Sequence record: NC_031927.1
Reading direction: 5' to 3' (one strand)
Length of the DNA: 64,000 bases
The position numbers and the translations under genes are program-made. Shown piece after piece: positions 56,591 to 64,000 of the stretch; the first letter of the stretch is position 1; each line of letters starts with the position of its first letter. The notes beneath the pieces were generated by a model. That model saw only the letters and a list, made by a program, of their open reading frames with translations. It had not been told where the DNA came from and did no database searches.

Positions 56591-57327
56591 AAAAAGTAGC
56601 AATCTTTGGTTCATCTAGAACTGACCCAGACAGTAAGCTCTATGCTGCCGTAGAGCGGCTAGGAAAGCGTTGCGCTCAATCTGGCTGGACTGTAGTCACT
56701 GGCGGTGGACCAGGCACTATGGAAGCAGCAAACAAGGGTGCAGCATCTGTTGACCTTACTAGATCAGAAGCAGAGGCAATCTATCTACCATTTGAAGAGG
56801 CAGTCAACCAGTATGTATATGACTATACAAAGCACGATGATTTCTTCACTAGACTGGATACTTTCTCAAATTGCGATGCCTTTATTGTTACCCCTGGTGG
56901 AATTGGTACTCTCCTAGAGATGGCTATGATCTACCAGCTGGTTCAAGTCAATCACATTGAACAGAAGCCAATCATCTGTGTTGGTAGAATGTGGAGAACT
57001 CTCAAAGACTGGTTGGAAGAAGAGATGGTTGAGAATGGTTTTCTCTCCAATAAAGAGATGGATTACATTCACTACGTTGACCGTTTCGGTGAAGCCACTG
57101 CTCTCCTTAATTATTTACACGCCGGACCACTGGAACCAACCGAAAAAGATTACTCGACAGTTGTTAGGAATGAAGAACCCACAAGTAGTGAAATCGATAA
57201 GCTTATGAAAGAATCTGGTATGTCTTGGTATGAGTCAAGAGAATACCTTAGAGACCTTTCGTATAGGGGAGAACATCTAAATAAACCCAACAACCAAAGT
57301 TGGGGTGATTTTTGGAAAAGTTATTAA
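56587..57327 (+). CDS. LOG/SLOG-family nucleotide-binding protein with a C-terminal extension
   Basis: FGSSR, TGGGPG.MEAANKGA and PGGIGTLLE (PGGxGTxxE) motifs. Confidence 0.88.
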   Translation: MKKVAIFGSSRTDPDSKLYAAVERLGKRCAQSGWTVVTGGGPGTMEAANKGAASVDLTRSEAEAIYLPFEEAVNQYVYDYTKHDDFFTRLDTFSNCDAFIVTPGGIGTLLEMAMIYQLVQVNHIEQKPIICVGRMWRTLKDWLEEEMVENGFLSNKEMDYIHYVDRFGEATALLNYLHAGPLEPTEKDYSTVVRNEEPTSSEIDKLMKESGMSWYESREYLRDLSYRGEHLNKPNNQSWGDFWKSY

Positions 57328-57352
57328 TTTAATCAATTTGACCACCTATCAA

Positions 57353-57398
57353 AGTGACCACTGCCCCACTATGGGGCTTTTTTATGCTCTATAATAAT
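57353..57398 (+). promoter_or_regulatory. Repeated hairpin/T-tract plus TATAAT promoter cassette, copy 2
   Basis: 41/46 identical to 54118-54163. TATAAT at 57390. Confidence 0.8.
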
Positions 57399-57419
57399 CA
57401 CATACAACACAAGCCAACT

Positions 57420-58559
57420 ATGCCTCGCAAACTCGCTATGACTACCCAAGAGATGCTGGACAATCTGCGCTCCAATTTTAGTGAGGAGATTTCTGCTGCT
57501 GATGTTCGTGCCTTCTGTGCCTCACAAGGCTTGGCTTATCAGACAGTAACCCGCCGCCTAGAAGAATATAAGTCAGGTCGCGGTAAGTGGAACCTTAATA
57601 TCTCCCAAGTAAAAGCAGAACTTGAGCACACAGTAGAAGCTCCTTCTGCTGTAAAAGCAACTCCTATGGTTGAGCAGAACCTAGTTCCTGCTAAAGACTC
57701 AACCTTTGTTCCATTCGGAAACTTCGCTGATGTAAAGCAAGTAATCAAGTCAAATCTATTCTATCCCACATTCATTACTGGTCTTTCTGGTAATGGTAAG
57801 ACTTTCAGTGTGGAGCAAGCTTGCGCTCAACTAGGACGCGAACTTATCCGTGTAAACATTACTATTGAAACTGATGAAGACGATCTTATCGGCGGTTTCC
57901 GTCTTGTTGATGGTGCTACTGTTTGGCATAATGGTCCCGTTATTGAGGCACTCCAGCGAGGTGCAGTCCTCTTGCTTGACGAGATTGACCTGGCATCCAA
58001 CAAAATCCTATGTCTGCAGAGCATTCTTGAGGGCAAGGGGATTTTCCTTAAGAAGATTGGACAGTACATCACTCCAAGAGAGGGATTCAATGTTATCGCG
58101 ACTGCGAATACAAAGGGTAAGGGATCAGATGACGGTCGTTTTATCGGCACCAACGTTCTGAATGAAGCCTTCCTTGAGCGCTTTCCAATCACCTTCGAGC
58201 AGTCATATCCTTCCGTAGCAATCGAAACCAAGATGCTCAAGGGATACGCCAAGACCTTGAATATTGATGATGCTACCTTCTGTAAGCGCCTAGCTGATTG
58301 GGGTGATATTATCCGTAAGACCTTCTATGATGGTGGTGTTGATGAAATCATCTCTACCCGCCGCCTAGTCCATATCCTTCGTGCTTACAGCATCTTCGGA
58401 GATAAAGGTAAGGCAATCAACATCTGTCTCAACCGATTTGATGATGAAACTCGCCAGTCCTTTATGGACCTATATGGTGCTGTGGACAATGAAGTTGACT
58501 TTGAGACCAGTGAAGTGGATGTCAATGCGATGTCCCCAGCTGACTCCAATTTATTATAA
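57420..58559 (+). CDS. cobS: CobS-like / MoxR-type AAA+ ATPase
   Basis: GLSGNGKT, LLLDEID, ATANTKG.G and NEAFLERF motifs. Start moved from 57354 to ATG 57420 because 57354-57398 is the promoter cassette. Confidence 0.92.
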   Translation: MPRKLAMTTQEMLDNLRSNFSEEISAADVRAFCASQGLAYQTVTRRLEEYKSGRGKWNLNISQVKAELEHTVEAPSAVKATPMVEQNLVPAKDSTFVPFGNFADVKQVIKSNLFYPTFITGLSGNGKTFSVEQACAQLGRELIRVNITIETDEDDLIGGFRLVDGATVWHNGPVIEALQRGAVLLLDEIDLASNKILCLQSILEGKGIFLKKIGQYITPREGFNVIATANTKGKGSDDGRFIGTNVLNEAFLERFPITFEQSYPSVAIETKMLKGYAKTLNIDDATFCKRLADWGDIIRKTFYDGGVDEIISTRRLVHILRAYSIFGDKGKAINICLNRFDDETRQSFMDLYGAVDNEVDFETSEVDVNAMSPADSNLL

Positions 58560-58585
58560 TTGTGGTATAATATAGAGGTAATCCT

Positions 58586-59035
58586 ATGACTAACTCCTGG
58601 GCTATGCTACAAGAAGAACTAGAAGCGATGCGTGATCGTGGTTATGAAATGACCGCTGAAGGCATCTGGATGGGACGAGATCAATTAACCGAAGAAGTTG
58701 TCGTCACAGAGACTGCAAAAGATGCTAACTTTTGGAAGTATAGTGAGGGCAAAATCCTCCGTGAGATTGAAGCATACTTATCTGGTACCTATAAGGGTCA
58801 CTATGTAGCCGATGATAGTAAGATCCAAACTCTAGACCTTATTGATTCCATTGGTGATAGTGAGGCATTCTGCCGCAGTAATGCTATCAAGTATCTTTCA
58901 CGCTTCGGTAAGAAGAATGGTAAGAATCGCCAAGATATCTTGAAGGTTATTCACTATGCTATCCTTCTATATCACTTCGCAAATCTTCCATTCAGTGAAG
59001 ATGCAGTAGAAACACATAGCCCAACTGGGCGATAA
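58586..59035 (+). CDS. DUF3310-like protein
   Basis: GHY, AFC..NAIKYL.R.GKK.G....D..K..HY pattern. Confidence 0.75.
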   Translation: MTNSWAMLQEELEAMRDRGYEMTAEGIWMGRDQLTEEVVVTETAKDANFWKYSEGKILREIEAYLSGTYKGHYVADDSKIQTLDLIDSIGDSEAFCRSNAIKYLSRFGKKNGKNRQDILKVIHYAILLYHFANLPFSEDAVETHSPTGR

Positions 59036-59088
59036 TATGCTATAATCATTACACTCCTCAAACAACCCCCAAAGAATATCTATTTGTT

Positions 59089-59757
59089 ATGAAACTATCT
59101 GACTCAACTATTTCAGTTCTTAAGAACTTCAGCTCTATCAACCAGAGCATCATCGTTGGTGAAGGCAACACCTTGAGAACTATTTCAGTTATGAAAAATA
59201 TACTAGCTGAAGCAACTGTTGAGGAGACTTTCCCTCGCACCTTCGCAATCTATGATCTCAATGAGTTCCTAAACGGTCTATCACTCCACGATGACTACAC
59301 CCTAGACTTCTCTAACGACACTTACGTTGTTATCCGTGAAGGTCGTCGCCGTGTGAACTACCACTTTGCTGACCCAGAGGTCATCGTAGCACCCCCCGAG
59401 AAGCAGCTTGTACTCCCTTCTAGTGATGTACGCTTCCAGTTGGACCATTCACAGCTTCTACAGCTTGTGAAGGCAGCCAGCGTCTATAAGCTCCCTGACC
59501 TTTCTGTTGTTGGTGAAGAAGGAACCATTAGCTTGGTTGTCCGCGATAAGAAGAATGACTCTTCTAACATCTTCTCCGTTGATGTCGGTGAGACCACTGA
59601 TGACTTCTGCTTCAACTTCAAGGTTGAGAACACAAACAAAATCCTCGCAGGAAACTACGATGTTGTTATCTCCCAGAAGCTTCTAGCTGAATTTACGGGA
59701 CAGAAGAACAACGTTCATTATTGGATTGCGTTGGAGCCAGATTCCAGCTTCGGCTGA
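59089..59757 (+). CDS. g45: Sliding clamp gp45
   Basis: MKLS..T..VLKNF.SINQSI, F.IYDL..FL, F...FKVEN and G.Y.V.IS motifs. Confidence 0.96.
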   Translation: MKLSDSTISVLKNFSSINQSIIVGEGNTLRTISVMKNILAEATVEETFPRTFAIYDLNEFLNGLSLHDDYTLDFSNDTYVVIREGRRRVNYHFADPEVIVAPPEKQLVLPSSDVRFQLDHSQLLQLVKAASVYKLPDLSVVGEEGTISLVVRDKKNDSSNIFSVDVGETTDDFCFNFKVENTNKILAGNYDVVISQKLLAEFTGQKNNVHYWIALEPDSSFG

Positions 59758-59764
59758 TACACAG

Positions 59765-59790
59765 AGCCTCCCGTAAGGGAGGCTTTTTTT
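59765..59790 (+). terminator. Intrinsic terminator after g45
   Basis: AGCCTCCC-GTAA-GGGAGGCT followed by a T tract. Confidence 0.92.
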
Positions 59791-59819
59791 ATGCTATATA
59801 TTATAGATTAGATTATATT

Positions 59820-60014
59820 ATGACTTATATTGCTACACCTGGACTTACAGAATATACAGTAGTATTCAGAGCGCATCCCAGACCAGACGGAGCCAAATCA
59901 TTTCGTACCATCTACGCATATACATTAGAAGAGGCAACAAAGGGTATCTATCATTTACCGAACGCAACTAATATCGTTGAAGTCACTGATTGCTTTCCTA
60001 CCATCCGTAATTGA
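59820..60014 (+). CDS. Hypothetical protein, 64 aa (MTYIATPGLTEY...)
   Basis: Track ORF 59721..60014 re-started at ATG 59820, downstream of the terminator. Confidence 0.6.
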   Translation: MTYIATPGLTEYTVVFRAHPRPDGAKSFRTIYAYTLEEATKGIYHLPNATNIVEVTDCFPTIRN

Positions 60015-60172
60015 TGAACCTATTATTAAGAGTCCACGAAAACCCCGCTGACCCAGTATGGAGTGTAATATTTCTCACATTCCTAGCCGTAGCGGGGGCA
60101 AGCTACTACATTTACTATCTCATCAAACTTGCCTTTGATGAATACGAAGGTGAAGAACGCCCCAAACATTGA
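60014..60172 (+). CDS. Small membrane protein, 52 aa (MNLLLRVHENPADPVWSVIFLTFLAVAGASYYIYYLIKLAFDEY...)
   Basis: My translation. TGATG coupling, one TM segment. Confidence 0.7.
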   Translation: MNLLLRVHENPADPVWSVIFLTFLAVAGASYYIYYLIKLAFDEYEGEERPKH

Positions 60173-60224
60173 GTAAGATGGGTGTAAATACTCATATCTA
60201 TTAAAAGTGTAATGGGTTATACTG

Positions 60225-60346
60225 TATCCATAGCGAACCGAGCGCTTTATATTCGGCTTTCCTTGTAAATTCCAAGGACACGGTTACGGAATCTGGGGAA
60301 CGGAAAGCCCTAGATGCTATACTGCCCCCGTAAGGGGGTTTTTTTT
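60225..60346 (+). ncRNA. Candidate structured RNA ending in an intrinsic terminator
   Basis: GGCTTTCC/GGAAAGCC 8-bp stem, nested ATTCC/GGAAT stem, AACCG/CGGTT pseudoknot, then GCCCCC-GTAA-GGGGGT-T8. Confidence 0.4.
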
Positions 60347-60378
60347 GTGCCTAAATAAATCAAAATACTTTTTATATT

Positions 60379-60834
60379 ATGTCTGGTATTACTACATATC
60401 GTTGGGCAGATGAACTTGGTGAATATCTAGTTGGAATTACCACAGATCCTGGCGTCCAATACACAATTCCTACCCTTGTAGGTAATAGGGATTATGATAC
60501 TTTTGTTGCTCTTGGAGTTACTGCACTACCATATGTACCCCCAGTAATAGTTCATAGTCCAGATTATATGGCATTTTGGATTGGTTTGATATCATCCCCA
60601 TATTATGTTAAAGTTAAAACTGGAGCATCTACCGACTTACAAACAAACACCTCAGCAACGGAGTTTATTGCATTGATGGGAGATGCTAAAGGTGGTATGC
60701 GGATCGAATCAGCACTACAAACCTCATTCGATGAACTTCTCACCTTAGTTCCTGCTGATGCTGCGGATCAGTTGTACTTGGATAATCTTCTAGTACAGAC
60801 TCATTTAGATCAGACTTTCACCTTAAATTATTGA
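60379..60834 (+). CDS. Hypothetical late protein, 151 aa
   Basis: ORF track. CTAAATA late-promoter variant at 60351. Confidence 0.75.
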   Translation: MSGITTYRWADELGEYLVGITTDPGVQYTIPTLVGNRDYDTFVALGVTALPYVPPVIVHSPDYMAFWIGLISSPYYVKVKTGASTDLQTNTSATEFIALMGDAKGGMRIESALQTSFDELLTLVPADAADQLYLDNLLVQTHLDQTFTLNY

Positions 60835-60887
60835 TAGTTTTATCATATGATAAATACTATTGATTATGTGTAAATGTTATAATTGTC

Positions 60888-61919
60888 ATGGGTCGCAAAA
60901 AAAATACTTACCAAATCTATAGAGAGGATGTTTTTGATATAGATCTTCCTGAAATAAATTATTCTTTCGATTCTGTTTTTGCAGAACTTAAGGGTGAGTT
61001 GAAGGAAGGTAGTATCAGAAACTCCAAAAAAATTAAAAAGCGGGCACCACCCAAGCCAAAGAAAACTGTAGTAGAGCAAAAACATACCTTACGTAGTATA
61101 GAAGATATTGCATCTAAGTTGGATAGGCTTGAAAGAACGCATCCAACTATAACTGAAAACACAAATGATCCATTAGCATTATCCAACACTCCCGAGTATA
61201 TGACTCAAAGGGAGTTTCAGAAGCATTATAAGTTACTATTAGATCGCGTACAGATACAGTTAGGTTCATTAGGTGGCGGTGGTGCTGTTGCTATCCGAGA
61301 TATGGAGGATGTTGAAACAGCTTTCATAACGGATCCAGCAACATTAGATGGCGCAACGATGAAGATGCGCTATAACTCAACTCAAAAAGTATTGGAGTTT
61401 TATGGTGATAATACTACATTATTAGATCAAAGAACTATATCTGGTACGGCAGATATTAATGTTAATTTCCTCAATAATAATTTTGAAATTTCATTGAGTG
61501 AGAGTATAACACTTCCAGGTACACTTAATACCATTGGAATCACCTCATTAGCTTCAAGTGGTGCAGATACTAATATTGGTGGAGATATTCTAGTAACAGG
61601 AATGGCAAAAGCTACTAAATTTACTACAACTTCAGATGAAAGATTAAAAACTAATATTGCAAAGATTGAAGATCCACTTGAGGTTATTTCACATCTTGAG
61701 GGTGTTAAGTTTAACTGGATTTCTGATGGTAGTGATGATGTTGGACTAATCGCTCAGGATGTTGAGAGGTGTTTACCTGAAGCTGTTACAGAACATAAAG
61801 ATGTTAAGAGTGTTAATTACAATGGGGTAGTAGGATTGCTTGTGGAATCTGTTAAGGAGTTGTCGAAAGATAATCAATTACTGAGGATGGAGATTGAATC
61901 ATTAAAGAGAAGACTCTGA
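60888..61919 (+). CDS. Tail-fibre-associated protein with a C-terminal Peptidase_S74 intramolecular chaperone domain
   Basis: TTSDERLKTNI.KI...L..I..L.GV.F.W...GLIAQDVE..LPEAV...VNYNG.VGLL.E..KEL. SLGGGG junction upstream. Confidence 0.88.
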   Translation: MGRKKNTYQIYREDVFDIDLPEINYSFDSVFAELKGELKEGSIRNSKKIKKRAPPKPKKTVVEQKHTLRSIEDIASKLDRLERTHPTITENTNDPLALSNTPEYMTQREFQKHYKLLLDRVQIQLGSLGGGGAVAIRDMEDVETAFITDPATLDGATMKMRYNSTQKVLEFYGDNTTLLDQRTISGTADINVNFLNNNFEISLSESITLPGTLNTIGITSLASSGADTNIGGDILVTGMAKATKFTTTSDERLKTNIAKIEDPLEVISHLEGVKFNWISDGSDDVGLIAQDVERCLPEAVTEHKDVKSVNYNGVVGLLVESVKELSKDNQLLRMEIESLKRRL

Positions 61920-61931
61920 TATACATATTTT

Positions 61932-61939
61932 TATAAATA
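61932..61939 (+). promoter_or_regulatory. Late promoter for the tail-fibre gene
   Basis: TATAAATA. Confidence 0.85.
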
Positions 61940-62021
61940 TTAACCGTATTCCCATGTTTAATTGGGGGGAATATGCTACATCATGTGTACGTACTCGTGT
62001 AGTGTATAAAAGAAGGTAAAG

Positions 62022-64000
62022 ATGTCATACGAAATTAACGAAGTCGTCATTATTGACGGAAGTCGTAATATTGTAAACGCTGGTGTTGGTACTTTTACTA
62101 AAGTTCACCCAGCAGAATTAGAAGTTGGAACCTCAGGACTAGCTATCTCTGATGTTCTAAACGAGACAGATCTAAGTAGTGATAGTGCATCAGCACTACC
62201 TACCCAACACGCCGTTAAGGCATATGTTGATGCTGCAATCTCAACTGTTCAGTCAGATATAGATGCTAATGAACTAGCTTCCGACAACGCAGAATCTGCT
62301 TTGTCTGGTCGTCTAGACACTCTAGAAGCTGATCCAACAACAGCAACTGCTCTAGCAGCAGTTCAGGCTGATGTGGATGCCAATGAACTAGCTTCCGATA
62401 ATGCTGAATCAGCATTGTCTGGTCGCCTAGACACCCTTGAGGCTGATCCAACAACTCAGACTCTATTGACTGCCGAGGCAACTACTAGAGCTTCTGCAGA
62501 TGCGTCCGAGACTTCAGCTCGTCAAGTTGCAGATAATGCACTTTCTGGTCGCCTAGACACACTTGAGGCAGATCCAACAACCCAAACATTGTTGGATAGC
62601 GAAGCATCTACTCGCTCCGCTGCTGATGTTCTATTGAATGCGGCAGTTAGTAATGCTAATCTAGCTATTGCTGCTAACGAAGATCATATTGATAACCTAG
62701 CCACACTTTCTGGTGTTGCTAAAGATGCAGAAAATCTTGGTTCCTTCACTGGTTCCACGATTTCTGATAACATCACAATCAAAGCTGCTCTACAAGATCT
62801 AGAGACTGGTGTTGATAACGCTCTTGGTGGTGGCGCTGCTGCTTCTTCTGTAGAGACAGTCACACTATCTACTGATGCTACTCACTATCTAACGTTTGTT
62901 AACGCAGACAACGGTACAGGCACTCAGGAGAATCTCTATACCGATGCTGGTATCCAGTACAACCCATCATCCGACATTCTAACTGTTGGTGAAGTTGTTA
63001 TCTCAGGTAACCTAACCGTTAATGGTACTCAAACCATTTTCGATACTACGGTTATTCAGGCACAGGATAAGAACATCACTCTTGGTGTTACTACTGCTCC
63101 TACTGATGCTGGTGCAGACGGTGGTGGTTTGACCCTTATGGGAACCACTAACAAGACCTTTAACTGGATCAATGCAACTGATGCTTTCACAGCTTCAGAG
63201 CACATCAGCATTGCTGCTGGTAAGGAGTATCGTATCGATGGCGTTAAAGTTATCGAGTCCGGCGCTCTAGGTGCATCCATTGTTAGTTCATCACTACAGA
63301 CTGTTGGAACTCTTGCTAGTCTAACTGTTTCTGGTGATATTACAGCTAATGGAAACATCACTGGTGATAACTTTACAGATATCACTGGCATCAGAACGAT
63401 GCACTCTCAGTTCATTACGATTGATAATGTCAATCTAACTGCTAGTGCTACTGAGCTTAACTATCTAGATGGCTCCACTCCAGGTGCTGCAACTGCTGGT
63501 AATGCAGTAGTACTAGACTCTAGTAAAGATGTAACTGGTATCAACCAGCTACAGGCTACTTCACTAGTTGGTGAGCTTACAGGTAATGCTGATTCTTCTG
63601 ATCAGGTTAAGACAGTAAGAGTCACCACAAATAGTGCTCACTATCTAACTTTCGTTGATGGTGATAATAGTAGTCAGACTAATGAGGAACTAAACACCTC
63701 ACTACTAGCAACCTTCAATCCTTCTGACGGTAGCCTAGTAGCTAACAAGCTAACTGCATCTAGCAACTTCTACCTAGGTCTAACCGAGGTTACTGCTAGC
63801 GGAACCGAGCTAAACTACCTAGATGGCTCACTAACCGGAACCGCAGTTGCTTCCAAGGCAGTTGTTCTAGATGCTAGCAAGGACATCGCAGGTATCAATA
63901 ACATTGATATCGCTGGTGACCTAGTTGGTGATGGCGCATCTAACATCAGTGGTATCAACACAGTTACTGCTGCTGGTAAGATGTATGCTCTATCATACAC
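62022..64000 (+). CDS. Long tail-fibre / fibritin-like structural protein, 3'-truncated by the window edge (at least 659 aa)
   Basis: My translation is open from ATG 62022 to the window end. It has coiled-coil repeats (ALSGRLDTLEADPTT x3), GNLTVNGT.T and repeated TELNYLDG...AVVLD.SKD..GIN motifs. Missing from the ORF track because it has no stop. Confidence 0.88.
   Translation, partial: MSYEINEVVIIDGSRNIVNAGVGTFTKVHPAELEVGTSGLAISDVLNETDLSSDSASALPTQHAVKAYVDAAISTVQSDIDANELASDNAESALSGRLDTLEADPTTATALAAVQADVDANELASDNAESALSGRLDTLEADPTTQTLLTAEATTRASADASETSARQVADNALSGRLDTLEADPTTQTLLDSEASTRSAADVLLNAAVSNANLAIAANEDHIDNLATLSGVAKDAENLGSFTGSTISDNITIKAALQDLETGVDNALGGGAAASSVETVTLSTDATHYLTFVNADNGTGTQENLYTDAGIQYNPSSDILTVGEVVISGNLTVNGTQTIFDTTVIQAQDKNITLGVTTAPTDAGADGGGLTLMGTTNKTFNWINATDAFTASEHISIAAGKEYRIDGVKVIESGALGASIVSSSLQTVGTLASLTVSGDITANGNITGDNFTDITGIRTMHSQFITIDNVNLTASATELNYLDGSTPGAATAGNAVVLDSSKDVTGINQLQATSLVGELTGNADSSDQVKTVRVTTNSAHYLTFVDGDNSSQTNEELNTSLLATFNPSDGSLVANKLTASSNFYLGLTEVTASGTELNYLDGSLTGTAVASKAVVLDASKDIAGINNIDIAGDLVGDGASNISGINTVTAAGKMYALSY

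Noticed and set aside
6788-58252. The many minus-strand and alternative-frame ORFs in the track (e.g. 9066..9395, 27846..28457, 52657..53085, 57827..58252)
   Set aside because: They lie wholly inside well-supported + strand genes and have the Ser/Ile/Leu/Pro-rich composition of antisense shadows of biased codon usage.
57420-58559. Cobalamin biosynthesis as the function of cobS
   Set aside because: No cobN or other cob genes are in the window. A MoxR/vWA chaperone role fits the context better.
60225-60346. Cobalamin riboswitch, suggested by the nearby cobS-like gene and a TAAAT loop
   Set aside because: It lacks the GGGAA junction and B12-box consensus, and the downstream genes are structural.
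1-64000. Stop-codon reassignment, tRNA genes, or photosynthesis/metabolic auxiliary genes
   Set aside because: Core genes are full length in code 11 and end in TAA, TGA or TAG. I saw no tRNA T-arm/cloverleaf and no psbA, hli, petE or talC-like ORF.

Overview
This window is a 64 kb segment of a T4-like cyanomyovirus genome (Kyanoviridae-type gene order). All convincing genes are on the + strand and read in standard code 11. In order: the end of an early-gene cluster whose small ORFs are separated by near-identical promoter cassettes (1-1650); about 1 kb of non-coding, structure-rich DNA (1650-2690); three tandem paralogues with conserved N-termini and unrelated C-termini (2692-4865); micro-ORFs; the baseplate, neck, packaging, tail and head module (g25, g6, g7, g8, VrlC-like, g13-g16, an insert of basic proteins, g17-g23, g3); uvsY, uvsW, g55, g47, g46; a 2OG-Fe(II) oxygenase; a metallopeptidase/vWA protein; a LOG/SLOG protein; a CobS/MoxR AAA+ ATPase; a DUF3310-like protein; g45; and a late-promoter tail-fibre island that runs off the window end. 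I saw no tRNA, CRISPR array, intron, intein, integrase or photosynthesis gene. Gene names come from motif recognition and synteny, not database searches. The most unusual signals are non-coding: (i) a perfect sigma70 promoter plus a 36-bp block, duplicated 47.8 kb apart on the otherwise silent minus strand; (ii) pseudoknotted candidate RNAs at about 2455-2609 and 60225-60346, and a pseudoknot versus RBS-hairpin switch at 5417-5460; (iii) inverted repeats centred near the -35 position of early promoters; (iv) the promoter-bearing triplicated cassette array; (v) no GGCC found on a manual read, and runs of CTA-only leucine codons.
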